From: Sphaeroforma arctica JP610
Lineage: Eukaryota
Length of the DNA stretch: 20,000 bases
NCBI RefSeq assembly: GCF_001186125.1
Contig: NW_014040525.1
Coordinates: 57,238 to 77,237, forward strand
Direction: 5' to 3'
The notes under the pieces are model-generated. The model saw only the letters and a program-made list of their open reading frames with translations. It made no database searches and was not told where the DNA came from. The position numbers and the translations under genes were made by a program. The first letter of the stretch is position 1; the number at the start of each line of letters is the position of its first letter. This document shows, one piece after another, positions 1-11,341 of the stretch.

Positions 1-1050
1 CTATCAACAAATCTATAGCGTTTTATTACTCTTTGGGTTGTCGACGATCTCTCATATGTCACTTGTGCACCATCCATACATTATGCAGTACGTTACAAGG
101 TGCATGATGTCTGGCATAAATCGGTTAAATTTTTAATTTAATTCACGGTCTCTGCATGACGTGCCACAGCAAGAGACGATCGCACCTTTGTCAAGCCGCA
201 TATTGCAATTCACCCCTTCTACTGCAAACTTTGGTATGTTACAAGCGGTTGTTTTATTTTTACATTTTGAGACGCGAAGACTTCAACACCAAGCCACATA
301 TGTGCTAGCGAGATATAGCATATTATCTATAGCCGGTGTCTCACTATCACGCCCATCCCATACTTCTAATATCAAATCAATTTTCAGTCGGTACTATCAG
401 GCTAGTTGCTTACCAATTCTCGCCATGTTATGCACCGACTGTGTTGATTAGCCGTCGAGGCTTTTTCAAAGTCTACCTCACAGCACATTCACAATATATT
501 GTTGTGACGCATTATTATAAAGATACCATATATCGCCATCATTTGCTAGTTACGGTGTAATTCCATGTCGTATGGTAGACGAGAATACTCGCCTGAAATT
601 TTTATCGGAATTGTTCAGTTGTTCAATAGTATTTTTATACCCATCTAAAAACGCCTGCCTGGTCTGGAAATACAAACGAACAACTGCAAGATACTTCCCG
701 CTCACAACCTAAACAACAACTCGTACCCCAAGTCCATATCAGAGCCCAACCCAAGCGGATGATGGCGGAAATATTCTTGCAGCCTCCTTCAAATCGGACC
801 AGCATTGCAAAGATTCAAAAGCATAGCAATAACCATAAACATTCAACGCATCGGTCCGCTTGGAGAACTCGCTACCCGGAAAAATCTAGTTTAAATCATA
901 GAGGGCACCTCTAGACGCACGTGTTCGGTACCACAAGGATGTGCCGTGTACTTCAGAACAAAGCCAATGGGCCGAAAACGCCAAGTTGATACAATAGTTC
1001 GCCTTTACTCTAATACTCCTGAAGCGTTGCACTTTGCCTCTCATGACTTC

Positions 1051-1346
1051 AGCGAGTGGGCCGGACGCGAATAAGCACGCGCGATCGTATTTACATGCCT
1101 TGAAAAATAGGCTCGCAAAATATCAGCGAGTGGGCCAAACGCGAATAAGCACGCGCGATCGTATTAATATGCCTTGAAAGATAGGCTCGCAAAATATCAG
1201 CGAGTGGGCCGAACGCGAAAAAGCACGCGCGATTATGTTTATATGCCTCGAAAGATAGGCTTGCAAAATATCAGCGAGTGGGCCGAACGCGAATAAGCAC
1301 GTGCGATCGTATTTATATGCCTTGAAACATAGGCTTGCAAAATATC
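1051..1346. repeat. Tandem minisatellite, 4 copies of a 74-bp unit
   Basis: Unit AGCGAGTGGGCCGAACGCGAATAAGCACGCGCGATCGTATTTATATGCCTTGAAAGATAGGCTCGCAAAATATC starts at 1051, 1125, 1199 and 1273; a few substitutions per copy, no spacers. Confidence 0.95.
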
Positions 1347-2154
1347 GTATACCAACAGCCTTTGGTGATCCTCCTACGTGCTGCCATCGCTACCAATACC
1401 ATAACCACCCAAGCCTGACAGTATCAATATCAACACCGACGTCTGTGAAGCAGGTTCGTGTATGATGGTGACGTACCCTGATATGTGCTATGATCGCACA
1501 GCCGCCTAACCCACTGCGGACTAGCGCATGGCATTTAAGAAAATAATACTACGAAAGTCGCATCCCTGTGCTGCGATCGCTACCACTACTAAATACACCC
1601 AACCATGTTCACGTCAATGTAAATACCGCCTGCTATGAAACATGCTGGATTTGTATCAGATGTCAATATAAGACCTTCCCGCGTGCTATGTTCGCACAAT
1701 TCCGTTGCCACCCAAGCCTGAAGCCTGCCAGCCTCGAAGCAAGATCCGTGGCATGTCAAGCAGCTTGCGCGAGTCATACATCAATGTCTTGCAAGCAAGT
1801 TCGGGCCAAGTAATATATTTGTGATCAAGAACTCCTCCTTTAAACTAACAATCGCCGCAACCAGAGCCATTTTTCTCTCTCTAATTGTTGAACATGTTAT
1901 GGGAAGGGGCTCGGGCAGAACAACACTGATAGTGCAAAATCTTCTCATATGCTGTCACCTAGTGTACCCAACCTCTCCAAAGTCACTTGTAATACCCTAC
2001 TTCACGAGAAGAAAGCGAGTGCGAATGCCCATCAGTGATGATAGGGATCTAATAAGCGCTGACATTGCTACTACTACCGTGGCCACCACAGAACCCAAAC
2101 ATGTAAAATTCAATGGGGAGAAGCATAGTGGAGGTAATACTAATAGAACCCCAC

Positions 2155-2655
2155 TCATGAGCTATCTTCGCTGCTGCTGCCATACCCACCCAACCCAGCC
2201 AATACATTACTGACTGCCGCCTCCGGTTTTTCAGACTTCTTCACAACTGCCGCCTCCGGTTTCTCAGACTTCCTCACAATACCCAACATAGCCCCTAAGT
2301 TAAACTTTTTCTTCATCACACTCTCCTTAGAACGAGGCGCATTGGTGCTCGCACTTACTGTAACAATCTCAGGTATTATGTCAAGCTCGCTGTGATCCGT
2401 AATAGTATGTATTGCCAACCCGGGTTTAGCCTTTTTGGTCTTCGGGTTATCTGATTGGCCAAAAACAGGCCTTTTCCGAACATTTGATTGGCCCTCGTCC
2501 GAGTCGGATTCTGCCAATCTCTTGACTTTAACAGGTACAGCTGGTACCACAATATTATCGGCGGCACCGTCTGTGGCGGAAGTGTCATCCCCGGCACCTG
2601 TACTGTTGAAGATCTTGGCAATCTCCTCTTCGTCCCTCTTTTCCTGGTCTTGCAA
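2155..2655 (-). CDS. YJU2: YJU2 last exon
   Basis: CATAG|TTG acceptor in phase 0; LQDQEKRDEEEIAKIF...LAGLGGYGSSSEDSS*; the LgxYxxSxxD tail is typical of the family. Confidence 0.82.
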   Translation of the reverse strand: MQDQEKRDEEEIAKIFNSTGAGDDTSATDGAADNIVVPAVPVKVKRLAESDSDEGQSNVRKRPVFGQSDNPKTKKAKPGLAIHTITDHSELDIIPEIVTVSASTNAPRSKESVMKKKFNLGAMLGIVRKSEKPEAAVVKKSEKPEAAVSNVLAGLGGYGSSSEDSS

Positions 2656-4567
2656 CTATGTGCGTGTGTGTGAAGGAGGGGGGAGAGACAAAGCCATAAG
2701 TCACAAGAGCATCGATTCAGCAACGGTACAATCATATCAAAGTATAGTATGCCCTCGCAAGCGTGAGATCATAAAGCAGGTACGAGTGTGTACTGCCAGT
2801 AAATGGTACAGCTTGTTTCATCACAATACAGTAAAAAAAGGGGCGAAGACTAAGGTACACCTTTAATCGCCTTCACCACACACACACGCGAGCGCATATA
2901 TTCAATATACGCAATCAAAACACAAACGTTAGCCTGCACATACCTCTTTGACCAGTGCATCGTTCTTCTGCTGAATCAATTCGTTGACATCTACGGCCGC
3001 ATTCCTGTCGTTCATGTCTCGGATCTCCTCGAGAGTATCCAGCATGTCCATCTCTTTCTTCGATTGCTTCGTTCTGTTCTCTAAGGCCTGCAAAATTTAT
3101 TATAACGGATAAATATTACTGTAAGTGGAAGATTATCATACCCAACATGTGCATCTCTTTCTTCGTTTGCTTCGTTCTGCTATCTAATGCCTCGGGATAC
3201 GTCAGTACAAATACCTGCTATCCAGAGTGTGATTTTTTTAATTAAATATCCTACTGTAATTCTGAAATTCGACCTTGGTATGCTTAGGTATATGTAAATA
3301 TGCATTAGTGTCATTTGTATATCACATTTACAACTGGTGTTCTCAGTAATGTGTCCTTACGCCTTTAACCTCACCGATATGCACGGTGACCACAAATATA
3401 CTACTGGAGTTGGTAGCGAAGTATGAACTCGATACAATTATCACTAAGGTCACTGTAAGCACAACTACAAAAAGAGAGGTGCAATAACACACAAAATATA
3501 GAGACAAGTTTTAATTGAAGTATGCAACCACGCACTTCTATCAACGTAATGTGCCATGCCCAATCTTGGGCGCACGATATACCTTCATTGCATTATTCTC
3601 CTCTTCATCTTCTTTCTTCTTCTTCTTAGCCTCCACTTCATCTTCAACTTCACGCCAGAGCTCGAAATTACCTAAATCGTGTAGAAGCGAGTAACCCAAT
3701 ATACAATTGAGTATGTAAGATTCTTGAATGGAAGGTATCAAAAGATTCAGTGCTATAAACATTTCGGAGCCTGAAGTCAATGCAGAGATCGACAACCAAA
3801 AGTCCATTGGCGGCCCCATCGAAGTGACTGCTAGGGATATAACTGAGTATAAAATCCAGGATGCAACGCACAACCACATTCATCAAACAAACTTCATAAC
3901 TACTTGAGGATGTGATATTTGTACTGTCATCAAATAAAAGACAAACAACTGTATACATAACACCAGAATATGCAATATACTAGTGTCGATGCATATAAAT
4001 ACACGCATACATAGATACCACTGTGGCTAGTAGTCTCCCAGAGGACAGCACATGTACATACAAACTGAAAAACGTACAAATATGATACATTATTCAAATG
4101 CAACTCATACATAAGTCGAGATTAATATATACACACACATACAGATGAAATGTAAGTATGTTTGTATGTATGTATGTATGCATGTATATACATATAANNN
4201 NNNNNNNNNNNNNNNNNNNNNNNNNNNNNNNNNNNNNNNNNNNNNNNNNNNNNNNNNNNNNNNNNNNNNNNNNNNNNNNNNNNNNNNNNNNNNNNNNNNN
4301 NNNNNNNNNNNNNNNNNNNNNNNNNNNNNNNNNNNNNNNNNNNNNNNNNNNNNNNNNNNNNNNNNNNNNNNNNNNNNNNNNNNNNNNNNNNNNNNNNNTA
4401 TATATATATATATCGCAGCTGAATTTGAATATACATTTCGTTCCAGATGCGAAAACGTTATCAACATTCGAACATACCTGGTCATTCTTCGGTTTCTTCT
4501 GACGAGGGATGATTGAAGGATCAAAATCCGGGGGGAAATACTTGTTCAGGACTTTACGTTCAGACAT
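2155..4567 (-). CDS. YJU2: Splicing factor YJU2/CCDC94 (CWC16 family), spliced gene; visible exons 4478-4567, 3583-3671, 2944-3087, 2155-2655
   Basis: N-terminus MSERKVLNKYFPPDFDPSIIPR is the family hallmark. Later exons give (R)NFELWRE...EEENNAMK | ALENRTKQSKKEMDMLDTLEEIRDMN, matching the conserved NPMKxLENRTxDSKxEM block. Visible junctions are GT-AG and in phase. Confidence 0.93.
2213..2278. repeat. 33-bp in-frame tandem duplication in the YJU2 last exon
   Basis: ACTGCCGCCTCCGGTTT(T/C)TCAGACTTC(T/C)TCACA x2, giving KSEKPEAAV twice. Confidence 0.9.
2944..3087 (-). CDS. YJU2: YJU2 internal exon (144 nt)
   Basis: TTTTGCAG|GCC; ALENRTKQSKKEMDMLDTLEEIRDMNDRNAAVDVNELIQQKNDALVKE; GAG|GTATGT. Not in the ORF track. 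Confidence 0.9.
3583..3671 (-). CDS. YJU2: YJU2 internal exon (89 nt)
   Basis: Acceptor TTAG|GT AAT TTC; encodes NFELWREVEDEVEAKKKKKEDEEENNAMK; donor AAG|GTATAT. Confidence 0.85.
4198..4398. other. Assembly gap (201 N) flanked by (TGTA)n and (TA)n microsatellites
   Basis: N run seen directly; simple repeats on both sides. Confidence 0.99.
4478..4567 (-). CDS. YJU2: YJU2 exon 1 (30 codons)
   Basis: ATG at 4567; MSERKVLNKYFPPDFDPSIIPRQKKPKNDQ followed by donor CAG|GTATGT at 4477. Confidence 0.92.
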
Positions 4568-4736
4568 ATTGCTAAGTCGGCTATGGTGATTTCTTGGAGA
4601 GAGTGGACTGAAAAAGTTGCCGTTGTGATTGCTACTCTACAATATATAGTCTATGCAACGTGGTCGAGAGTGCCCCGTGTGATCGTATGCAAATGTATGA
4701 AGTATGAGTATATGTATGTGTATTTACTACATTTAT

Positions 4737-4775
4737 AATATATATACATATATAAATATATATATATAGATATAA
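4737..4775. repeat. Imperfect (TA)n microsatellite upstream of YJU2
   Basis: Interrupted TATATA run seen directly. Confidence 0.8.
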
Positions 4776-5262
4776 TAACCTCAAATGGCTTGGGTCTCTT
4801 GACCTCAATATACACTTCAAATGTATATATCCCCAAAATATGGCCTTTAAATAAATACACCTGTAAAAAATAAGGGCCGCGTCGTAACATGAAACACATA
4901 TTATAAGAGTATTTTTTTCAAACAAAATGTAGGAGCTTCGGGACTCCTAATGAATTTTTGAGACTCTTCGGTACCCTGAATTTTGGCGGGTCCCGATGAT
5001 AGAGTCGTGATTCCAGAAATTCATATTGGGTTTTATTTCAGGGCCCAAGCCAGTGTTAATCGTATATAACCAGGCCCTGATGATTTTTGAGCGTCATTAT
5101 ACATGGGTCATAATAAAATTGTCTCGTAATAAAATTGTCTATGTATATTCACGAACAGAGCAAAGTGTTTACGAATATACATAGACGATGACGCCATGAG
5201 AAAGTTCGAGAACATCGTAACAGAAGGTTTTCTGGGTCCGTGCCTTTCCCTCTCACTACGAG

Positions 5263-5659
5263 TGTTATAGTTATAGTTAATAGCCTAGGATGTTAGTAGT
5301 ACAAGTTCGTTCGGGAATAGATAGAGATAGGTCCCGGCGGACTATAAAAACAGTCCACGTCCAGCGTCAGAGTTCAGACTTTCACTAAGAACATAAGGAA
5401 CACAAGGACGACGAGGACTAAAGACTGCTTATATCGTAAACCTAAGAATAAAGCTACTACTACCGAATTTGGGAATTTGGAATTTTTAGCGTCAAAACTG
5501 TGATAATCATTTTTGGGCCGATTTTTGGGATTTGGAGAAGAAGGACCGAACTCTAGGAAATTCGAGGGACCTTATAATATAAGCTGCTGAAGGGGCTCTT
5601 CAAGGATAGTCTCGACGAACATCGCTCAGCAACAAGGAAGTGTGATAACGGCTGTAACT
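5263..5659 (+). mobile_element. Putative 5' LTR of gypsy element V
   Basis: Starts TGTTATAG and ends CTGTAACT (imperfect terminal inverted repeat). TATAAAAA at 5343, AATAAA at 5447, PBS-like TGGTAGGACCAGG at 5661, and a gag relic downstream. No partner LTR in the window. Confidence 0.5.
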
Positions 5660-6514
5660 TTGGTAGGACCAGGTACCCCGCTATCAGTATGACTTTGTAG
5701 TACAGTCCTAGGATTAAAAGGACTTGGGCTCAGAAGACGTGCGGACGTGCTAACGTGGGATTTATCCCAGTGGATCAAACGGCGTTTGGAACGGGTTATT
5801 TAGTAGAAACTCACTTTGTGGGAAAATTAAGGGCCTTTTTTTTTTAAAAGCCCAGGGTTGCTTGTGGCTCCGCTTTTGAACCTTCGCAAACGTTAGGGAT
5901 AATATTATTTATTTCAAAAATGGCAAGTATATGTTATGGCTCTCATAGTCGCTGTAGTGGTTCAGGAAATATTGATGGGAAGAAGTGGTCAGTAAATTCC
6001 CGTTTGAAGCTTGGGCCAAGTGAGTTGACAATGGAAGATATGTGCTGAGTCAATTTGGGCCGGTGTTGACAAAACACTGTTACTATCGAATGTTCCATAT
6101 ATTCGCTTGCTGACCTACTAAGTAGAGTACCCACCTCTGTGGTACGGATCGGGTCTGCGCCGTGTAGTGCCGCGAAATGGGTTAGTGCAGAGTACGAAAT
6201 ACCGAGAAGGACCAGGTTATCCGTCATAGCAAGGATGGAGGTAAGCCAATGCCGCACCAGACCACGGATGAGTTCGGTATGTGTTGGCTAGCCTGGATCA
6301 GAAGTATCATAGTCGGAACCAACAAGCGCGATGATTTGGTTTGAGCCGATATTTGGAAGTAGTACTTCAACAGCGTGATTAGCCGAAGTATGGGGAACAT
6401 CTGTTGATGTGTCAGCTACGGGTGAGGGTACGGTGGTTCTTCGACATGCTGGAGAAAAGATCCAAGGTGTTCGTGGAGGGTCCAGATACCGTGGAAGTCG
6501 TGGCACTCCTGTAA

Positions 6515-7527
6515 TTGCTGAAGGAGGTCAGAGCCAATGGGCGGCAGTTTCGGGCCTACCAGGATGCGTCGAATCAGTTGTTGGATGCAGGTAAAGTGGC
6601 TGGTAGTGAACTTGTGGCTACCGGGGCAGACAGGGCAGAGACAGCCGTCGGTGCGGTAGTCGAGCAATGTGAACATGTACGTATTCGTTACAATCATAGC
6701 ACAGAGCCGGATTGGTGTAGACTCGAAGCAGCGATTGAAGCTGTCGTGTCTGGCTGTGTCTCGGTTTGAGGTTGGCGGTTTACCCATAACCAGTTGGTAG
6801 TAGTATTAGCGCCGGGCCATTGCCGCGATCTCCTTGTTGGACCAACGTTTTGTTGAGTTCTTCCTGATGTCGTCACAGCGTTGGCGGAGGGCTACATGGT
6901 CGGGTGTACGCCCGCCCGTGGCTTTGTGTACAGTTTTCAGATGAGCATAGGTACTGTACGGGAGGCACAGTGATGGTTTATCGTGGGCCCAGGCGGGTTG
7001 CGTCAGAGGGGTAAGTGGATTTGTGCTGTCCATTGAGTCGAGTTGTATTCCCAGGCAACCTCCGATGACCTCTGAGTTAGTTACGTCTCGGACACGTTGG
7101 GGTACGCCCAAGCTGCCACAGCTGAGGATCACTAAGAGAGCATAAATTAATATATGTCGGGTCAGGGACACAGTACGCCAAACCAGCCGGCCCAATCGGC
7201 TGAGCAGGGGTGGGTCCATAACATGGAGGCCGATTTGGTACAAATTAGGGAGAATTTGGCCGGCCAGGCTCAATATCAACAATAAGTTGCTAACTTACAG
7301 CAACAAGTGGAGGGTGCCAACATGGCACAATATCAACAACAGGTTGCTGAGCTACAGCAACAGATACAGTAACTGTTAGGTCGACCGCAACGAGCTGCAG
7401 TCGGGAGGACCACATTAAAGCTCAATAAAACTGATGTCTATGAAGGCAAGGCAGATGTATCTGCAGTGCGGGAATGGGTTTATCGTATGGAGCAGATGTT
7501 TGCCGCGGAAGAAGTGAATCATGGGTA
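6515..7527 (+). pseudogene. Degenerate gag N-terminal part of element V, cut off by X1
   Basis: One frame with several stops. Q-rich repeats (AQYQQQVAELQQQ) lead into KLNKTDVYEGKADVSAVREWVYRMEQMF (~7417-7502), resembling the Ty3/gypsy capsid-start motif (KPxxFxG...vxxWlxxmExyF). The upstream extent is uncertain. Confidence 0.65.
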
Positions 7528-7633
7528 TGTAGAAAAACGGCCTCCGGTCAGTCTAAAATATCAGGATCAAATGAGATAACACGTTGGTTAAGAAGATTGC
7601 AAGGACATACCGGACGTCCAAGTTAAGCACTGA

Positions 7634-9510
7634 AAGTTCCATATGTGTGCACTAGAGCAAGATTACGAGAAAAGGTTTGATAAAATCTATACCAAAGGAG
7701 ATGAACGTATATTTCAAACTGTTTATGTAAATGGATAAAAAGTTATAGCACCTATTGATCCGGGGGCTGATGTCTCTGCTGTCTCACGCCGAGTAGCCTA
7801 CGCTACAGGTATGGCTATCCATAACGAAACAACTAATTTAATCTTGGGAAATGGCAAAGTTACCACTTGCGAAGAAGCCATTGACTATGCACACATAATG
7901 TTGTCAGATAGAAGAGAAGTAAAGACTCACCTAATCGTTACTGACATGTATCAGAAATACGGTTTGATTATTGGTATGACTAATCTGCTCAGTTTAGATA
8001 TAACTCTCACTGGTCTGCCTAATGGGCTAGACCCAAATAAAGATCAGTCAGATGATAACATGTTAAAGATACCTAAACCTCCGAAAGGTGAAGCAAATGA
8101 TATGATTCTGTACTTTACCGATATAATTATGGACTTAATTATACAAAACAGAAAGATTGCAATAACCGACTGGTGTATGTCTAAGTTCTCTAGCGGGTAC
8201 GTTAAGCTTGACTTGACAAACGTCGACTTCTCTAAGTTAAAGTGTCCTTCACATAACTACGTGAGTTGGAGACACAAAGACGTTGTCAAACCCCAAATTG
8301 AAGATTGGTTAAAACAGGGTCTAATTGAAATCAATTATGATGCAACCCCAGTTAACTTAGCTCTCTTATCGGTCGATCAATATAGAGCTGATGGAACGTG
8401 TAGTAAAACAAGAGTAGTATTAAACCTGTCGCCAATCAATAAACTACTTCTGCAACATAGTTTTCCCTTACCAAAGATAAGCGAGATACTACGCAAAATG
8501 GAAGGTGCGACTATCTTTTCCAAAGTAGACTTAAAAGCTGCATTTCATCAATTACAAATTTTTGAGCCGCATAGGAAATACTTTTCCTTTACTTGGTAAG
8601 GTAAGAAGTACCACTTTAAAGGTGCACCTGAAGGCTTTCACATGTTACCTTCTTTCTTCCAATAAGTTATGATGGAACTATTTGCAGACCTGTCGGATAA
8701 CGTATCAGTATATCTAGATGATATAGTTATCTTTATAAAGACAGCACATGAACATGCTAAACTCGTTAAAAAAAGTCTTAAAGCGACTAACCCATGCCAA
8801 ACTTAAGATTAACGAGGACAAGTGTTCTTTTGCTAAAGATACTATACACTTACTTGGTTACGAGGTATCTGCAGCAGGGGTACAAATTGATCCTGGCAAG
8901 AAACAATTTCTGTTGGATTTATCAACACCGATTTCTGAAAGAGATGTGAACTCTGTGTGTGGGTTTGTTAACTTCTTCTCGGATTCGGTACCTCATCATT
9001 CTCATTACTTAAAGCCTTTCAGTCACCTACGGCTGCACAAAGGACCTTTGGGAAAGCTTTGGACTACGGAATGTGATGATGCATTCAAGCTAGTCAAAAA
9101 TAAAGTAGTGGACGCACCCATCATGCAATACCCTGTGGATGGCGTCCCATTCCGAGTAGCAACCAACGCTTCGGGTCGAGCGGTAGGTGGAGTGCTATAC
9201 CAAACGATCAATGGAAACCGCGCTACATACAATTCTTCAGCAAGAGTTATACTAAGAGTCAACGGAATTACCCTATCGTTAAACACGAGCTCCTTGCTTT
9301 AGTTACTGCGCTAAGACAGTTTAAAGACTACCTTTATGGAAGTTACTTCAGTGTCGCCTGTGATCAAAAGTATTTAACATATTTAAAGGACATGAACCCT
9401 GATTCACAGTTGGTGAGCCGCTGGCATGACATTATTGCTAAGTTCGCTTTTAGCATTACACACATACCAGGAATACATAATCATCTACCTGACATGCTCT
9501 CTTGACTTGT
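7634..9510 (+). pseudogene. X1 protease, reverse transcriptase and RNase H
   Basis: PR IDPGADVS (~7754); RT SKVDLKAAFHQ and YLDD at 8711; RH TNAS (D>N), HELLAL, CDQK, NHLPDMLS*. Stops at ~7736, 8597 and 9503; frameshifts at ~8770 and ~9218. Confidence 0.92.
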
Positions 9511-9547
9511 CCCTGACTACCAGAAAACAGTTAAAGGGTTATTAGCA

Positions 9548-9960
9548 ACCGATTGGATGCTTAATAAGAAATGGTTTAATCTCGCTCAATCAAGATGGGG
9601 TTCATTTACTATTGATATGTTCGCCGCAGAACATAACAAACAGGTTTCTGACTATAGGTCGTTGACTCATCCTAAAGGTGATGCTTTTCAACTTGACTTA
9701 TCAAAGCATAATGCGTGGGCTAGCCCACCTTGGCAACTTATCGCACAGTTGTTGAACTATGTTAATATTACTAAATCTACCAATACGCTGTGTTGTCCCT
9801 TACGTAGCTCCGACCCATGGATACGTGATTAAATTAATATGATACAAGATGAGTCTATCTATGTCGACCGTGAAACCGACACGTTCTTGTATCAGGGATC
9901 CTATTCTATTAAGAAGATACCTTGGAAACATACCATCGTTTGTCGCATCGGTCCTGCAGG
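9548..9960 (+). pseudogene. X1 Dam-like DNA amino-methyltransferase domain (N6-adenine type; DIRS MT-like)
   Basis: TDWMLNKKWF...WGSFTIDMFAAEHN...DAFQLDLS...WASPPWQLI...LCCP...W; DMFA at 9614, SPPW at 9722-9733. Same frame as the RH C-terminus and the IN Zn finger; one internal TAA at 9830. Confidence 0.82.
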
Positions 9961-10379
9961 TACCACTAAGTGGAACCCCTCAACCGAGCTCTTACCTAAA
10001 CTAGAGGAGTCTAAGGAGTTTGAACAAAAGCTCAAGACTCGTACAACACATGCACCCAACAGGAATACAGTCGAGACAATGCCAATTGAGACGGCATTAG
10101 ATCGTAAAAACATGGAACTAGTTAAGACCATGGATCAAAGACTCAAAGCTCTAAGAGAACCTGAAGCTCGCACTCAACTAATCGAAGCGCTGCTTAAAGA
10201 ACAGCCAGGAGTTGCGAAACAGCTGAAGAAGATACTTCAACAATCTAATGTTGTTAATTACGTATCTCAGGAGTCTACCCCTCCTGATACTGAAGTTGCC
10301 CTATCTAACGGGACTATGGTTCATTCAGCCAACGTTACACAGAATCTGACTGACTTAGAAGAGCTCGAGAGTCGAGTTA

Positions 10380-11340
10380 AAATAATACATAATTTAACTC
10401 ATCGAGCATATGAGCATACTTATAAGATGGCTATTCGTGCAGGGCTTGATCACCCGGCACTGAAAGAAACCATACTCGAAGTATACCGACGCTGTACTGA
10501 TTGTGAAAAGAACCAGATCAAGCGCTACAGTTAGGCACCCCTAAAAGGTGCGACAGAAGACCAACCGATGCGCCGAGTCAAAGTCGTTTTGATTACACTC
10601 CCGCGATGTATATATCTGTCATTTCTTATGTGTGGCTTCGGGCTATAACTTGCTTTATACAATACCGAACAACCGCCCGCAAACAGTGGCAGAGTTATGC
10701 AATCACGTCTTTAATGACTTCGTTTCCCCCCGAGTACTATGTTCTGATAACGGTAGTGAGATTTGTACAGACGTAATGGAGGTACTTATACTCGTATCAG
10801 GCATGACCCATAGGCGTGGTGTTCCTTATAAACCTCAAACGCAGGGTGCAAATGAGATACGTCATAGAGAACTAAAGAAGCTATTGCGTACCGCACTAGA
10901 TGACGTTGAGGATATGTGGCCTTATCATTTGAAATGGGTTCAGACTCAAATGAATAACTGCATGAATCCTCAGACTGGAACACTCTCGTTTCACTATTTC
11001 TTTGGCCGCTATAGTGAATTACAAGCAACGTTTGACAAAACTGCGCCCGAGAAACACGTTACTCCGTGGCTACAACAGATCAAGCATATGCAGAACGTTG
11101 TTTACCCATGTTTACTCGAGCACAAAAATCGTGTCCTACTTAAAGCGTATGCCCGAAGGAATAACACTAAAAACATTGTCCAGTTTAAAGTTGGCGATTA
11201 TGATAATATTATAAATCGCAATGCCAACGTTACCGAACATTCTTCTGAGACAATTGGACCTTTTGTTATTTCCTACCATGATGAGAAGAGTGACACTTAC
11301 GAAGTGAATAACATAGATGGTACTAGTGCAACTAATCTAG
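10380..11340 (+). pseudogene. X1 DDE integrase
   Basis: HNLTH...CTDC Zn finger; core PRVLCSDNGSEI...PYKPQTQGANEIRH; GPY/F module FKVGD...IGPFVI. Stop at 10532 and frameshift at ~10610-10630. Confidence 0.9.
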
Positions 11341-11341
11341 G

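Larger units (their letters stand above)
7528..11340 (+). mobile_element. Gypsy element X1: 62-bp LTR start, internal deletion, gag tip, then degenerate pol PR-RT-RH-MTase-IN; 3' truncated
   Basis: 7528-7589 matches 12901-12962 and 7590-7983 matches 15730-16124. Pol motifs occur in gypsy order. Confidence 0.92.

Noticed and set aside
1051..1346. CRISPR array
   Set aside because: Whole units repeat with no unique spacers, no cas genes, eukaryotic context.
161..2150. Short ORFs (161-451, 336-560, 1568-1813, 1821-2213)
   Set aside because: No recognisable motifs or splice structure.
4094..4925. ORFs spanning the N gap and TA-rich repeats
   Set aside because: Artefacts of Ns and microsatellites, apart from YJU2 exon 1.
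7754..7765. DPG protease active site as a novelty
   Set aside because: DPG variants are known in gypsy proteases.
7590..7983. RIP-like hypermutation (14 G/C-in-X1 vs A/T-in-X2 transitions against 2 reverse)
   Set aside because: Small sample, mixed dinucleotide contexts, no bias in the 62-bp LTR match, and comparison with Z suggests X2 is ancestral at some sites.
9548..11340. DIRS element as the source of the MTase
   Set aside because: A protease, DDE integrase and TG..CA LTR are present; no tyrosine recombinase is seen.
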